DNA of 64,000 nt from Takakia lepidozioides. Taxonomy: Eukaryota; Plantae; Bryophyta. The DNA lies in contig CM060734.1 of the NCBI GenBank assembly GCA_030704615.1, positions 55,180,001-55,244,000 of the forward strand. The letters are read 5' to 3'. Shown piece by piece: positions 38,001 to 50,679 of the stretch. A program made the translations under genes and the position numbers. The notes under the pieces were generated by a model. It was not told the DNA's origin. It ran no database searches and saw nothing but the letters and a program-made list of their open reading frames with translations. Numbering within the stretch: the first letter of the stretch is position 1; every line of letters begins with the position of its first letter.

Positions 38001-39325
38001 CGTCTCTACGTGTCGAAGGGAGGGATCAGAGATAGCCCCTTGAGAGAATGCCATGATAGCCCGCTTGCGGGCCACGGCGGAGCCAAGCGCACCGCGACAC
38101 TCTTGAAGAAAGAGTATTTCTGGCCCAAACTAAGGGAGGAGGCAGAGGAGTATGTCAAGACATGCACCACATGCCAACAAAACCGGAGCGAGTACAAAAA
38201 GCAAGCGGGGCTGTTACAACCCTTGCCGATTCCAGAGGGGACTTGGGAAAGTGTCTCGATGGATTTCATGACTGTTATGCCACTGTCAAAATGATTCGAT
38301 GCAATCATGGTGGTGGTGGATAGGTTCAGTAAAATGGGCCATTTCATCCCCACTAAGGAGACGACAACGGCGCAGGAGACAGGGCGACTTTACTTCGCCC
38401 ACGTCTTAAAGCATCATGGAGTCCCGAAGGATATTGTCTCGGACCGCGATCCAAAGTTTACGAGTAAATTTTGGAGGACACTTTGGAAGAAGATGGGGAC
38501 GAGGCTGAAGATGAGCACCGCCTTCCGACCTACAACCGACGGCCAAACGGAAAGAGTGAATTCCGTAGTGAAGCAGATCTTGCGGAATTACGTGTCGGCA
38601 GACCAATCAGACTGGGTGGAACACTTAGACGCGGTAGATTTCTGTTATAATAACACAGAACACTCCGCAACGGGAGTTTCCCCTTTCGTATAGGTCTATT
38701 GGAAAGCACCTCTGGTGCCGACAAGTTGGGCCGCCCAGGACGTTGAGGAACCGGCAGTAGCGGCGGTACTGGAAGAACGCGAGCGTTTGTTGAAGCTCGC
38801 AAAGTACAACATTGCCAAAGCTAGGAAACGGTATGAAAGGCAGGCGAATCGGAAGCGGAGGGAAGTGAAGTTTGAGGCAGGCACGGAGGTCTAGTTGAAC
38901 ATCAAGAATTTTCGACTACCTCCGGAAGTGAGTCCGAAGTTCGTACCTCCACATGCGGGACCCTTTCGCATTCGGAAGGTTATGAATGAGGATGTGTATG
39001 AATTGGAGCTGTCGGCAAACAGCAAGGTGCACCCAGTATTCTATGTCTCCCTTTTGAAGGCTTACTTCAAAGATGAAGCGCGTCCAAATCGGCATCAAGT
39101 GTTGCATCCGCCACCTATGCTGTTGGATCATGAAAATGAACCTGAGTACGAGGTAGAGGCAGTACTTAAAGTCGAGGAGGTTTAAGAACCGAGAAACGGA
39201 GTATCTCGTCAAATGGAAGGGCTATCATCATGTGGAGGCATCTTGGGTGCGTGCCTCAGAAATGGGAAACGCATCCGAGGTGGTTGCAGCGTTCGAAGGG
39301 CGACCTCAAAAGCGGAGAAGCGTTG
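35069..39325 (+). pseudogene. Chromovirus gag-pol remainder: gag, PR, RT, RH, INT, chromodomain
   Basis: CFNC knuckle, LVDTGASHSF, YIDD (~37059), TDASDFAIGGVL, SDRDPKF, TDGQTER, and EYEVEAVL..YLVKWKGY..EASW chromodomain (~39145-39300). In-frame stops near 37128, 38292, 38690 and 38892. Confidence 0.92.
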
Positions 39326-40231
39326 ATGGGGACATCAACCTTGGAGCGTGGGGGAGGAAATGCATGCTTAGCCTGGCTTAGCTAGCTCAGGAATCCGATT
39401 GCAAAAACTTGTATTGTACAAAATTTGCTTTAAATGAAATGTTTCAAAATGTTGTGCTTCCTATTTTGTTTGGAATAATGATGCATGGTATGGTTGGCTA
39501 GTGTGTAGAATGCATGCTAGCTTACAAAAGTGGGAGAGGTAAATTGGGTTAATCGTGTGTTTGCGCAGTGCCGAAATCGGGTGACTCCCATTCAAAGGGC
39601 AAGGAAACTTGCGCCTTCTTTGGGAGTTCACGTGCTAGTGCGCACCTGACGCGTGCGCGTACTATAACTGCGCTACCGAGGGGGGTTGCCTTGTAGTGCG
39701 GGCTAACGCGGAAGCTACGTGCTTCCGTTCACGTAATATAATTGTGTAGCCTCGGGACGAAGTCGTAGTGCGGCTTCGGCGTGTTCCCGTACCTCAGGCC
39801 AGCATTCCAAGGCGGACCCAATTGTAGTGATTGGGGCGCACGGTTCGTTCAAGGGTATCTTCCTAGTCAAAGAGGGTTTGAGGTGAACCCTTGCTCAAGG
39901 TGATGCCAAAAGCGGCATCATGAGCGGTCGCAAGCAATGTTGTTGCAGTAAGGCGATTCGATCCTCGGGGAGGATCGTTCCTTGACCTTGAAGTAGGCCA
40001 AGAAGAGTGCACTGGGAGGAGCTGGAGAGGCTCCACCCTTGGGCGGGACTTGGAGGAAGTCGGCCGAACTAGCTAGTGGAGAGTAGAGTCAAGTGTGGGG
40101 TTTGGTTCTTTGTCATGGGACGCCATGGTACGGAAACAAACTCCTTGATGTGGGACGCCACAACTTGGATGTTCGTTTCTACAAAATGGACAAGTCGATG
40201 AGGACATCGACTCCCTGTTGGTAGGGGTGTA

Positions 40232-40950
40232 TGTCGCGGCCTTTTGCCTTGAGGGCAGGGGGTCGGGACACATGAGGGGCTGCCCCTGTGGTGGGGGCAG
40301 CGGCAGCGATAGGTATGGGGGGCTGAAGCACCCTTGAGTGCCCAAGGCGCTCAAGGAGGCGGAGGCGCTCACTAGGTGGAGCCCCGCACACCGGGTTGCG
40401 GTGGGGGTGGCTCCACAAGGGGTGGTGGTAGCTTAGCGGGACTTAGTGGGGGTGGCATAGGACTCACCATGGGGGCGGAGACCTCGTGGTGGGAGTCGTG
40501 GGGAGTCTTGGGACTCATCACGGTCCATAGGGGCCGTGGTGAGTGGGCCAAGACTCACCGCGACTCACCACCGGGAGTCGAGGGTTTTCGTGGTGGTTCG
40601 CCATAAAATGGCATGGCTGGTTGTGAAACCCCCGCGGACAACTACAGAAGTATATATAGGGAGTAGTAACCCCGAGAACGGTGCAAGCCCGTTGGTGACC
40701 AAAAACTAGTGAGTAAGCGAGCGAGCCGGAAAGCGAGCAAAGAGTGGGGAGCTATTCCGGACTGTCAACTACCAAAGGGAATTCCCGCTGGGCCGAAATC
40801 GGTGGAGGGTTCTTTGGGAGATCAAAGGGGGACCGTTATGCCCCGGTGAGCAGCCGAAGCTCCAAGTTGGTCCGGCGGCCAGGTTGGGAGTTAGGCGAGC
40901 GCATCAAAGCGAGTGACTATGACTGAGCTTAGCTAATGAGGTGCGCGAAA
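40232..40950 (+). repeat. 3' LTR of the chromovirus (ends AA rather than CA)
   Basis: Copy of 22455-23180 with about a dozen substitutions and one 7-bp indel by eye; purine-rich tract immediately upstream. Confidence 0.95.
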
Positions 40951-41335
40951 GGAAGCCAACCGCTCCTCCGAGTCACTATCACGGGCAGCGAGCACTTGCT
41001 GCAGAATCTCCTCCGAGATGCATTTCGTTTGTAAGATGGAGATTTGGTCCCGAAGCGTTTGAACATCAGCATTCCTTGTGGAGTACTGACGCAAAGGAGA
41101 GGCTAGTTGAGAGACAGGGGCAGGAAGAAGAAGCAGAGGGGAATCAGGTCGACGTGAGGGAGACGGGTAGTCTACCTCGTCGGCAGCCATCCTTTGGCGT
41201 TTGGACGTCATGGTGTGGTGGAGGTGGCGCTAGCGCGCCAACGCCCGTGAACGCAGCGCCGATGTGCTGCCGCGCGCGCGCGAGAGAGAAACGAAAGAGA
41301 GAAACCAGAGACAGAAAGGCAAGGAAAAAAACAAA

Positions 41336-43686
41336 ACAATGGAGAAAAACAATTCTTCTCCAGAGTCCACTAATCTTGCTCTTAAGCACTATAAGTCCCT
41401 CATTAGATCCAAAAAGCAAGCCTACACTATCAAGTTGCAATCTTCTTTCCTTGCTAAAATCAGATTTTCTCCTCGTTCTTTTTGGTCCCTCCTTAAACCT
41501 CATAGAGATCCCCCCCCAATCACTGACATTCATGTCTGGCATGAGTATGCACAGTCTTTGTACCATTCCCCAACCCAGACTCCTTCTCCTATAACCTCTA
41601 AACCCCTTCACTTCTCTCTCTTTACTACAGCCAATGTCAGTAAGGCAATCAAGAAGCTGCAAAATGGCAGAGCGGTGGACATTTCAGGACTTCAGAGTGA
41701 ATTCATCAAGCATGCTGCACCTACTTTAGCCCCTTTTATAGCTAACCTCTTCAATGAGGTGGTGCAACGGGGCTTTCCAACAGAGTGGACAAAGAACATC
41801 ATCCACCCACTTTTTAAGAGCGGTGACTGGCTCGCACCGACAAACTATCGTACTATCATGGTGTCATCATTACTTGCTAAACTGTTTGGGGCAGTAGTGG
41901 CCATGGAACTGGATGATTGGGTTGAGTACTCTTGCATTCGTGCTGAGGGACAGGCTGGTTTCCGTCGAAACCGATCCACTATTGACCACATCTTCACTCT
42001 TCAGGTTATGGTGGAAAGTGCACGCTATGACAAAAGAATGGTCTATGTTTGCTTCGTGGACTTTCACAAAGCCTTTGATTCAGTTCCTCGGGACCTTCTC
42101 TTCCAACGGCTCCATAGAGTGGAAGTCCCTCCAGGCATCCTTTGTGCCATCTCTTCTATGTATGAGATTGTCACTGGCATGGTCAACGTCGCTGGTGAAT
42201 TCTCAGTCGAGATCCACAGCAACATTGGAGTCAAACAGGGCTGCCCCCTTTCACCTACCCTGTTCGGGATCTACATTGACACCTTGGAGAATTACATATC
42301 AAAAAACCATGGGGTTGGGGTCCCATTGGATGGGGGACCAACCCAATCAGATCTCCTCTACGCTGATGATGTTGCCCTTTTGGCACAATCCCCGGTCTTT
42401 CTGCAACGCCATCTCAAAATTTTGGAACAGTTCTGCAAAGACTATGGGATGCAAGTCAACCTTAGCAAGACCAAGATCATGGTCTTCAATGGCCAGGCTG
42501 ATCGTAGATTCATCTTCAACCAGCAGGAAATTGAGATTGTGAAATCATACCGGTACCTAGGTCTGGTTATCCACTCCCCCAAGTTTCACTTTGCAGCCAC
42601 AGCCTTGGACAGATTGACTAAAGGTAAGGCGGCCTCCGTCCGCCTTCAGGCCAAATGTAAGCAAATACATCTGCGGCATCCCCCGACCAAAAAGTGGCTG
42701 TTTGACACTGTTGTCAGCCCTGCTACCATCTATGGTTGTGAGTTCTGGGCACCTGGTGTCCCTGTCTCCTGGTGGGAAAAGAATTTGGAACCATTACAGT
42801 CATCTTTTCTCCAGCAATGCTTGGCGCCAGGAGCACAACTCCATCTCAGATCCTAGGTGCAGAGTTCGCATGTGTACCATTGCAATCCGAGGCCCTCTTC
42901 AGGCTTACAATCTTTCTCCATAGATTGCAGGCCCTTCCACCCAAAGGGCTAGTGGCAAGGGCCCTCACAACATCTATGAGGCTCAAAGCTGCAGGTTTCA
43001 GGAACTCCTGGTATGCTCGAGTGGACAGTTTATTTCAACGTAACGGACTTTCTACTGCTTTCCTATTACCAATGAACCCAGAAGAGGTGGACATCACATC
43101 CAGACATGACCGCAACAGACTCATTCGGAGAGAGCTTATGGAATTACATGTCAAGAGAACTTGGATGCTACCCAATCTCACAACAAAGGTCCACTTCTAT
43201 CGAGAGACATTCTTGGTGCTCCGCGATGATAGAATCTTGAGACCAAATTACCTTTCAGCACCCTTATCTCCTTCGCTCTTGAGGGCATTGGGGCGGTTCA
43301 GGGTGGGTTCCCACAACCTACGGATAGAGACTGGCAGATGGGAAAACCTGCAACGGGAGGACCGCCTATGTCCAGCTTGCATAGGGCGCAGCAAGGAAAT
43401 TGAAACTGAAGAACACTTCTTCTTCTACTGCCCTCTATAATTCGAGATCCGTGGGAGATTCCACTGTTTATTCAGTGGAACCCAAACTCTCACTGATGTC
43501 TTTCACTATGAGGATAAAAAATGCTTGGCAGCCTACCTACACGAGGCCTTCACCCTTAGACAATCGCTAGAACATTAATTGTGGTTTCTGGATTTGTTCC
43601 TCTCTCATGTTTTCTTCCATTTTGTCCCATAAGCTCTACGAGCTTTCCGCGGATGTTATAAAGCACCATTTCATTTCATTTCATTT
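41336..43686 (+). mobile_element. LINE ORF2 3' part (RT plus C-terminal CCHC finger) with (CATTT)n tail; RTEX/L2-group-like
   Basis: NYRTI, QAGFR, FVDFHKAFDSV, GVKQGCPLSP, YADD, YLG and CPAC..ETEEHFFFYC; one frameshift near 42800; tail CATTTCATTTCATTTCATTT at 43667-43686. Clade is inference. Confidence 0.9.
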
Positions 43687-44070
43687 CTCCTAGGACACAT
43701 TTTGCTCTTACTGGGGATTGAATGTTCTCCACAGCCTGAGGAGCTGCTTGCAGCAGACCCAGGTGTCCACTTGAGTATTGACACTGCAGGAAACAAAATA
43801 TCCTCTCAGTATCTTGAAGGAAACAAAGTGAACGTGCAGCATAGTCACTTGAGTGTGAAGTCTTACTCTAGAGTGAGACATGTTGGTGTTCTTGGATGGT
43901 TATTTGTCTGAGACTCTTTCATTGTACCTGTTTTCACCCTCACACACTAGAATCTTACTAACTCGAGGAGACCTGCAAATTGAAGCTTCTTAGAGTGCAT
44001 GTATCAGAATGACTGACAATGATCAAGCCTACAAAACTCTACAAGAATTAGAGGACAGAGGCAAGAACAG

Positions 44071-44142
44071 AAATGAAATGGAATGAAATGGTGCTTTATA
44101 CCATCCGCGGAAATCTCATAGAGCTTATGGGACAAAATGGAA
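44071..44142 (-). mobile_element. ~70-bp 5'-truncated copy of the same LINE 3' end
   Basis: Reverse complement of ~43615-43686, including the CATTT tail. Confidence 0.85.
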
Positions 44143-44699
44143 CAATGACCATGACCATGACAATGACTATGTCGCCTTCAATTGAATGAACCTTTTAAGC
44201 ACAGGACCAGACACTTGGACAATACCAGGTGCATAGACCATTGTTCAGTTGTTCTGATGTTTTCCTGTAATGCTTGACAAGCACGATCCTCCAGTCCAGA
44301 TGTTGTGCGAGGTTCACTTCTCTGAGTACCACCTGGTACACCATTTGTAACAAATTTCACAGCTAGAACCTGGAGGTTAAAAGGAGGGTAGAAGTCAGGA
44401 GTGGAGTTGTGACAGAAGGGTTTTGTGAAGGATATGAGTAGGTTTTGACGCAGGTTTGCTATGCCCCAGCACAGGTACCCATCCCCTACACTCTTTTCAT
44501 GTTTGAAGCAAGCTAAGGCCTAATACTACTCGGAACTGAACTATTTCCTCCCCCTCACCAACAAAAAGACCAGTCCGCAATCTTTCTGAATCCTCTATTC
44601 AAAGGACCTTCATTTCATTTCCGTGAAAAATGTTACTATACCAGCAATACATGATCGTGCTATCCCTTCTGGTTCAGAGCGGTTAATCTGATGTTGAAA

Positions 44700-45045
44700 C
44701 ACAGAGCCTAGCACTGGATTGTCCTGCATTGCGTAATACTTTACTTGCAGGAAGGATGGTCGGGCATAATCTCAGTAGGCCAGTAATGTCCCTTGAACGC
44801 GGGAGTAGATTTTGCTGCAAGGACTCTCCAAACTTCTCTGCTAACTGCTCTTCTGCAGCCTGACTTCTTTGAATTCTTTGCTGCTCCTTTCGCTGTTGAA
44901 AAAACTGCTTTTGCCTGAGAGAGACGAAGAGCAGATTCAAGTTGATGGACGACAGTCACTTTTAATGTTCCCTGCTGCCTGTTACGTCGAGTTGTTATGT
45001 CTTCAACTGAATGCATGCTAACGATCCTCCCATCCATTGCAGCAT
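44700..45045 (-). CDS. HEIP1/C12orf40(REDIC1)-like meiotic crossover factor, N-terminal exons
   Basis: ATG at 45045 gives MLQWMGGS followed by a GT donor; then QKQFFQQRKEQQ and SRDITGLLRL, matching the family N-terminal motifs as I recall them. Downstream exons unresolved. Confidence 0.6.
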
Positions 45046-45915
45046 TATCAGCTTTTTACAGGGGCACTTGAGGAGCTCTTCTGCCCTCTCACTAGAACCT
45101 AATTATTAGTGAATATCTCCCCTTGATAGATAAGGTACGTTGCGTGAGAAACCTCAAGCCTTGTGGTTTCTTTCAGTGTCACTTGACTTGATTGCTTCTT
45201 GTGAGTGGGCCAGTCTATGTGGGTTGTAGAAGTTTAGGATCTATACATTTTGTAGTGTTGGTCACTCTTCCTTGTCTCTGGCCAGCAAAATGAAGGAGTA
45301 CACAAAGCCTTGGCCTTCTTGTTCCTTATGAAAGCAAAGGCCTGCAATTTTGAGAATAGAAGCCCTCTGGGAAATGTCAGGGAATCCAGTTGGAACTCCT
45401 TTGACAACGGTGCAGTAAATCACATTTTAGACATGGTCAGCGGGAGTAGTTGGTCTTTTTGTGGAAGATAGAAGGTATGGAGGTACGGGGCCTCATAACG
45501 TAGGTAGCAATGTAACTGAGAAGACTTGCGGTGTGATATCAGCGAGGGCGTGGCCGTCCATCTCCGAGTTTTGCTATGGCGACGTGGCTCACTATTTTCC
45601 ATGTTTCTATGGCCTGCAGGGTTTAGGGTTTAAGGCTCACTTTTATTTGGTGCCAGACAGGGCCATCTTGGTGTTTCATTCCCACACATTCCAGGCTTTG
45701 GAGAAGCTTTTCGAGTGCAAGAGAGAGGGAGAGAGATAGAGAGAGAGGCAAGGTACTCATGAGACTTTGTTTGCCGTAGCCTTGTGGCCTCTGTGGAGAG
45801 AGAGAGAGAGGGGGGGGGGGGAGGGGTGAGGCTAAAGAAGTTCGAAGGTTAAAATAGAGTACAGGGTCTGATAAGAAGATTTTGCAGCAGGGGAGGGGCT
45901 CCGGGTCTGGACCCA

Positions 45916-48900
45916 TGATAGAACACTGTGCATCTGGAGCATCGATCACCCAAATTCATGCACGCTCTTGTTTCTCAACCCCCCGGTGTGGTGCGATGCT
46001 CAGGGTTTTTCGCTTTCAAGCGCAAAGGCGCCTGCTTTCGAAGCCTGACCTTCGATATGGACAACGTCTTTTCAAGCAAATGGAGTTCTCCCCTCAGCTT
46101 GCTGAACTAAACTTTGATGGTGAATTGCCACAAGAGTCTCCAGAGACGAATGTCTTACTAAAAGGTAAGGGCCGCAAATCCGCCAGTTTGCAGGCATTTC
46201 GCGGCTGTTTTCCTGCAACCCATGCCTCCCTCGCCGATGCCCCCTTTCGGAGATTCAAAAGGGAGCAGGATTCACTAGGGAGGAGGAGCCGACTTAGGTC
46301 AATAAATGTGATAGGCCGCAAAAGGATAGTCAGTGATGTGCCAGTCGGATCTTCGACACAAGTCCGAGAGCTTGCATACTACTCGGCAGACTCGGTCTCA
46401 GATGAGGAAGAAGGGAGAGATTACGAGCAGGACAGTACTCCCTACTTTGTGGATCTGGATGGTTGGAGGTGGCGATTAAACAGGTTTATGCAGAAAGTTA
46501 ACGAACAAGAGATTATCTCCAAGGAGAAGAAGGATCGTCGAGATTATGAGCATATTCTCGCACTGGTGAAGCAGATGGGCCTTCACAGCCAGTTATATGG
46601 GAAAGTCGTGGTGATTAGCAAAGTTCCTCTTCCCAATTATAGGCCTGACTTGGACGAGCGCCGCCCACAGCGTCAGGTAAGAACTTTCCTTACCATATTT
46701 TGTGCTGATTTTGGCAAACGTCACAACCTCTATGATCTAGTTCTCACAATCATGACTAATCCAGAATGGTGCAACTCCCCCAAAGACTGGACTCGGGTAG
46801 TTCAGACCTGAACCCTTAATGGGGCTGGGCAGGGAGGTGATTCGTTCTGTTAACTTTGGCATGAGAAATACGTCAGAAGGTAACTGAGGTGTGAATTTTT
46901 CCAAAGAACGGCTCATTATATTGGAAGGCTGAATATCCCATGGTGTGCAGGTGTCATTTGCTAGTGAAGCACAAATAAAAGTTGACTCTCTCCTCAAAGA
47001 GTATGTTTATGAGAAAAAACGGAATTCGACAGCAATGCCAGGAGACCGGTCATCAGACAGGGATTCTGACAGCGAGTTTTCAGATGAATTGTTGAACATG
47101 AATAGACATGATGGGAGGCTGAGGCCAGGTGGCGGACGTCTGACAGGACCAGCAAATGAGAATCAGCTCGAGGAGCTGTTGAAAAGAAGGAATAGGCAAA
47201 TTCGGAATAAGCAGAGGGGCTGGCAAGAGTCTGAGGAAGGAGAGAAAATGATGTCCTTCCGCAAGACGCTGCCTGCATACAAAGAAAGAGAGGCAATATT
47301 GGCGGCCGTTTCAAATAATCAGGTAGTAAGGAAAATGTGCTCAATCTCCAAATGTTACTTGATTTTACAGTCCCACTGATGTCCTTTATTCTTGTCAATA
47401 GCACCCTTGTCGCTGGCCTGTGTTTCTCTTCTTGCCTCTCTCAAGCAACAATCTCATGCCCTTACCCTTGCATCATCCTACCTTCACCAAATGATGCAGG
47501 TGCTGGTGGTTTCTGGGGAAACCGGGTGTGGGAAAACAACCCAATTGGCACAATATATATTAGAGTCGGAGATTGAAGCTGGCCGTGGAGCCACCTGCAA
47601 TATTATATGTACGCAGCCTCGGCGGATCTCAGCTGTCTCAGTGGCAGAGAGAGTGGCAGCAGAGAGGGGGGAAGAGATTGGAGAGTCTGTTGGTTACAAG
47701 GTTCGTCTGGAGGGCATGAGGGGTAGGAACACTCAGCTACTGTTTTGTACCACTGGTATACTGCTACGGAAACTGATGGTCGACGCAGAGCTCAAGGGGG
47801 TGAGCCATGTCATTGTGGATGAGATTCATGAGAGAGGGATGAACGAAGACTTTCTATTGATTGTGTTGAAGGATCTTCTGCCCCAACGACCAGACCTTCG
47901 GGTGATACTAATGAGTGCAACCCTAAATGCAGAACTGTTTTCATCATTCTTCAACGGATCTCCTATGTTGCATATCCCTGGGTTCACTTACCCTGTCCAG
48001 GAACATTTTTTGGAAGATGTCTTAGAAATCACCAGACACCGGCTCACTGCATCAAACCAAATTGATGATTATGGCCAAGATAAGATGTGGAGAACTCAAA
48101 AGCAGTACCTCTCTCGGCGACGGAAGAACCAAGTGAGTACTTTGGCTGAGGATGCCATGGCCAATTTTGAGTACAGCGAAACAAGCCTCTGGACTCGGAC
48201 GTCATTAGCCTGTTGGAGCCCAGATTCCCTGGGCTTCAATCTTATAGAGAGAGTGTTGTGTCACATCACAGGAAATGAGAAAGAGGGCGCAGTTTTGGTA
48301 TTCATGACAGGGTGGGAAGACATTTCAGCATTGATGAAACAGTTTCAAAATCACCGAGTGTTAGGGGATACTCAACGAGTGCAACTCCTTGCTTGTCACG
48401 GGTCAATGGCCACCGCGGAACAGAAGCTTATATTTGGACACCCGCCACCTGGGGTGCGGAAGATTGTACTGGCCACCAATATGGCAGAGACGAGTATCAC
48501 AATCAATGATGTGGTGTTTGTTGTTGATTGTGGGAAGGCCAAGGAAACTTCCTATGACGCGCTGAACAACACACCATGTCTCTTACCTTCATGGATTTCA
48601 CAGGCCTCTGCCCGGCAGCGCCGTGGGCGGGCAGGTCGGGTTATGCCTGGGGTATGCTACCGTCTGTATCCAAAAGCAGTGTATGATGCCTTCCCAGAGT
48701 ACCAACTACCTGAACTTCTTCGCACCCCCCTCCACTCCCTCTGTCTCCAAATCAAGAGCTTGAAACTTGGCAGCATTGCCGAATTTTTATCACATGCACC
48801 ACAGCCACCTGAGGCCCGAGCAGTTCAAAATTCTATAGAGTTACTGAAGACGGTAGGGGCTCTGGATAATAATGAAGAGCTCACCAACCTGGGCCGCCAT

Positions 48901-50477
48901 CTCTCACTTCTCCCCGTTGAGCCCAAGGTAGGAAAAATGCTGATCATGGGCTCCATTTTCCAATGCCTTGATCCAGTGCTTACCATTGCAGCAGGTCTTG
49001 CAGTTCGCGATCCCTTTTTGATGCCCATGGATAAGAAGGAGTTTGCCGAAGAAGCAAGGTTCAGTTTCTCTGGCAATGATTTCAGTGACCACATTGCACT
49101 GGTGCGCGCCTATGAGGGTTGGCAAGAGGCAATGCGGACTGGTAGTGGGGCTGATTACTGCTGGAAGAACTTCCTCTCCATGCAAACCCTGTTGGGAATG
49201 AGCTCTCTCAGGCGCCAGTTTTCCAACCTTTTGAGAGAAGCGGGGTTTTTGGACAGTGACACGGCACCGTTCAACAAGTACAGCAGCGATCGTGACCTTG
49301 TTAAAGGTGTTATTTGTGCTGGCATGTTCCCTGGGGTTGTCTCGGTATATCAGAAAACAAGGTTGGTATGCCTTCCTCTCTCTATGGTAGATTTTCCTGC
49401 CTTCAATCTGGTGCTTAGCTTTTACAAAGACTTCCTTTCTTTTGTGGGCCATCAAGTCAAAGTGAATAAGGGCGTCTAACTTCCACACAAATGACTGACC
49501 ATTCGACAACTATATGGGGAACTTAGTGTGCAGCAGAATACGATACCAATAAGATTTTAAATGATTATGCAGCTTCCATTCATGTGCCATTGGGTAACAT
49601 TGTCCAATATGATTAACAAGAGTGATGTTCAGGTCAACTTTATACAAGACAATGGAGGATGGCCAGGTGCTGCTGCATTCAAGTTCAGTGAACGCGAAGG
49701 AACTTCAGCCGTACTATCCATGGCTGGTCTTCAACGAGAAAGTAAAGACGTCAAGTGTATTTATTCGAGATTCCACTGGGGTCTCTGATGCAATGCTGCT
49801 GCTATTTGGGGGTCAGGTAGGCACCAAAGCTCTCAGAACTGCTGAAACACCCCTTTGCTTCTAGCAATACAGTTTCTCTATCTCCTTTTCAGGATTTTCG
49901 TTGAGTGGTTTGCAAACCGCCCAAGCTTGATACATAATGTCACATGCAGGTACAACCTGGAGGTGGGCCAGGCCATTTACTCATGCAGGGTGCCTACCTA
50001 GAGTTTTTTATGCAACCTGAAGTGGCCACCATGTTCTCCCGTTTGAGGGAGAAACTCGACAATCTACTGCACAAGAAATTGGCAAATCCCGAAATAAACA
50101 TTTATGATGAAGGAGGACTGCTGATGGATGCAATTTTTAAAGTGTTGCGTGCTGACCGCTGTGAAGGGTCTTTCACTTTTGGGCGGAAGGTTAAAAAGAG
50201 CCCGGCTTTGCCAAGGATTTCTTCTGATCAGATGGACGTGATAGATACCAAAGGCCTATTGCAAACATTGGTGCAGCGGGCTGGAAGGAAAATTCCGCCA
50301 GTGTATAAGACACGTTTAGTCAAGGGCCACCAATACGAGTCATCAGTGGAAGTGAAAGGCAAGATTTTTGTAGGGGAGCCTTCAGCTAGCAAGAAACAAG
50401 CTGAGAAGAATGTGAGTGCAATTGCACTAGATTACATTACTGGCCTTTCGCAGAAAGGGGTAGAGAGAATGGCTTAG
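45916..50477 (+). CDS. DExH-box ATP-dependent RNA helicase (DHX36-like, plant DExH3/DExH5 group) with C-terminal dsRBD; exons ~45916-46676, 46951-47322, 47500-49361, 49633-49816, 49950-50477
   Basis: [34 protein letters not shown] and QRRGRAGR motifs, HA2/OB regions, SKKQAEK dsRBD end; GT-AG introns keep the frame. Start codon uncertain. Confidence 0.93.
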
Positions 50478-50550
50478 GGCTGGTAAAATGGCTGGAAGCA
50501 CGAGGGGTAGAGAGAATGGCTTAGGGCTGGTAAAATGGCTGGAAGCACGA
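50457..50550 (+). repeat. Perfect 47-bp tandem duplication spanning the helicase stop codon
   Basis: GGGGTAGAGAGAATGGCTTAGGGCTGGTAAAATGGCTGGAAGCACGA x2. Confidence 0.95.
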
Positions 50551-50679
50551 GATGTTTCATCTAGAAAGTATATGAGTTGAAGTGGATGGGGCATGATGAG
50601 AAAATGAGATGGCTGATTATCGACAGAGTAGGTCCAAGTGTTCCTGAAGCACTCCAAGATTTTGTCTTCAACTTGAAGT

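Larger units (their letters stand above)
22455..40950 (+). mobile_element. Ty3/Gypsy chromovirus (Galadriel-like), full length, disrupted by stops, frameshifts and a nested insertion
   Basis: Paired LTRs; GGAAG TSD at 22450-22454 and 40951-40955; PBS TGGTATCAGAGC; gag-PR-RT-RH-INT-chromodomain order. The clade call rests on the RNase H motif RRWPTHEKEMKAVVHCL (inference). Confidence 0.92.
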
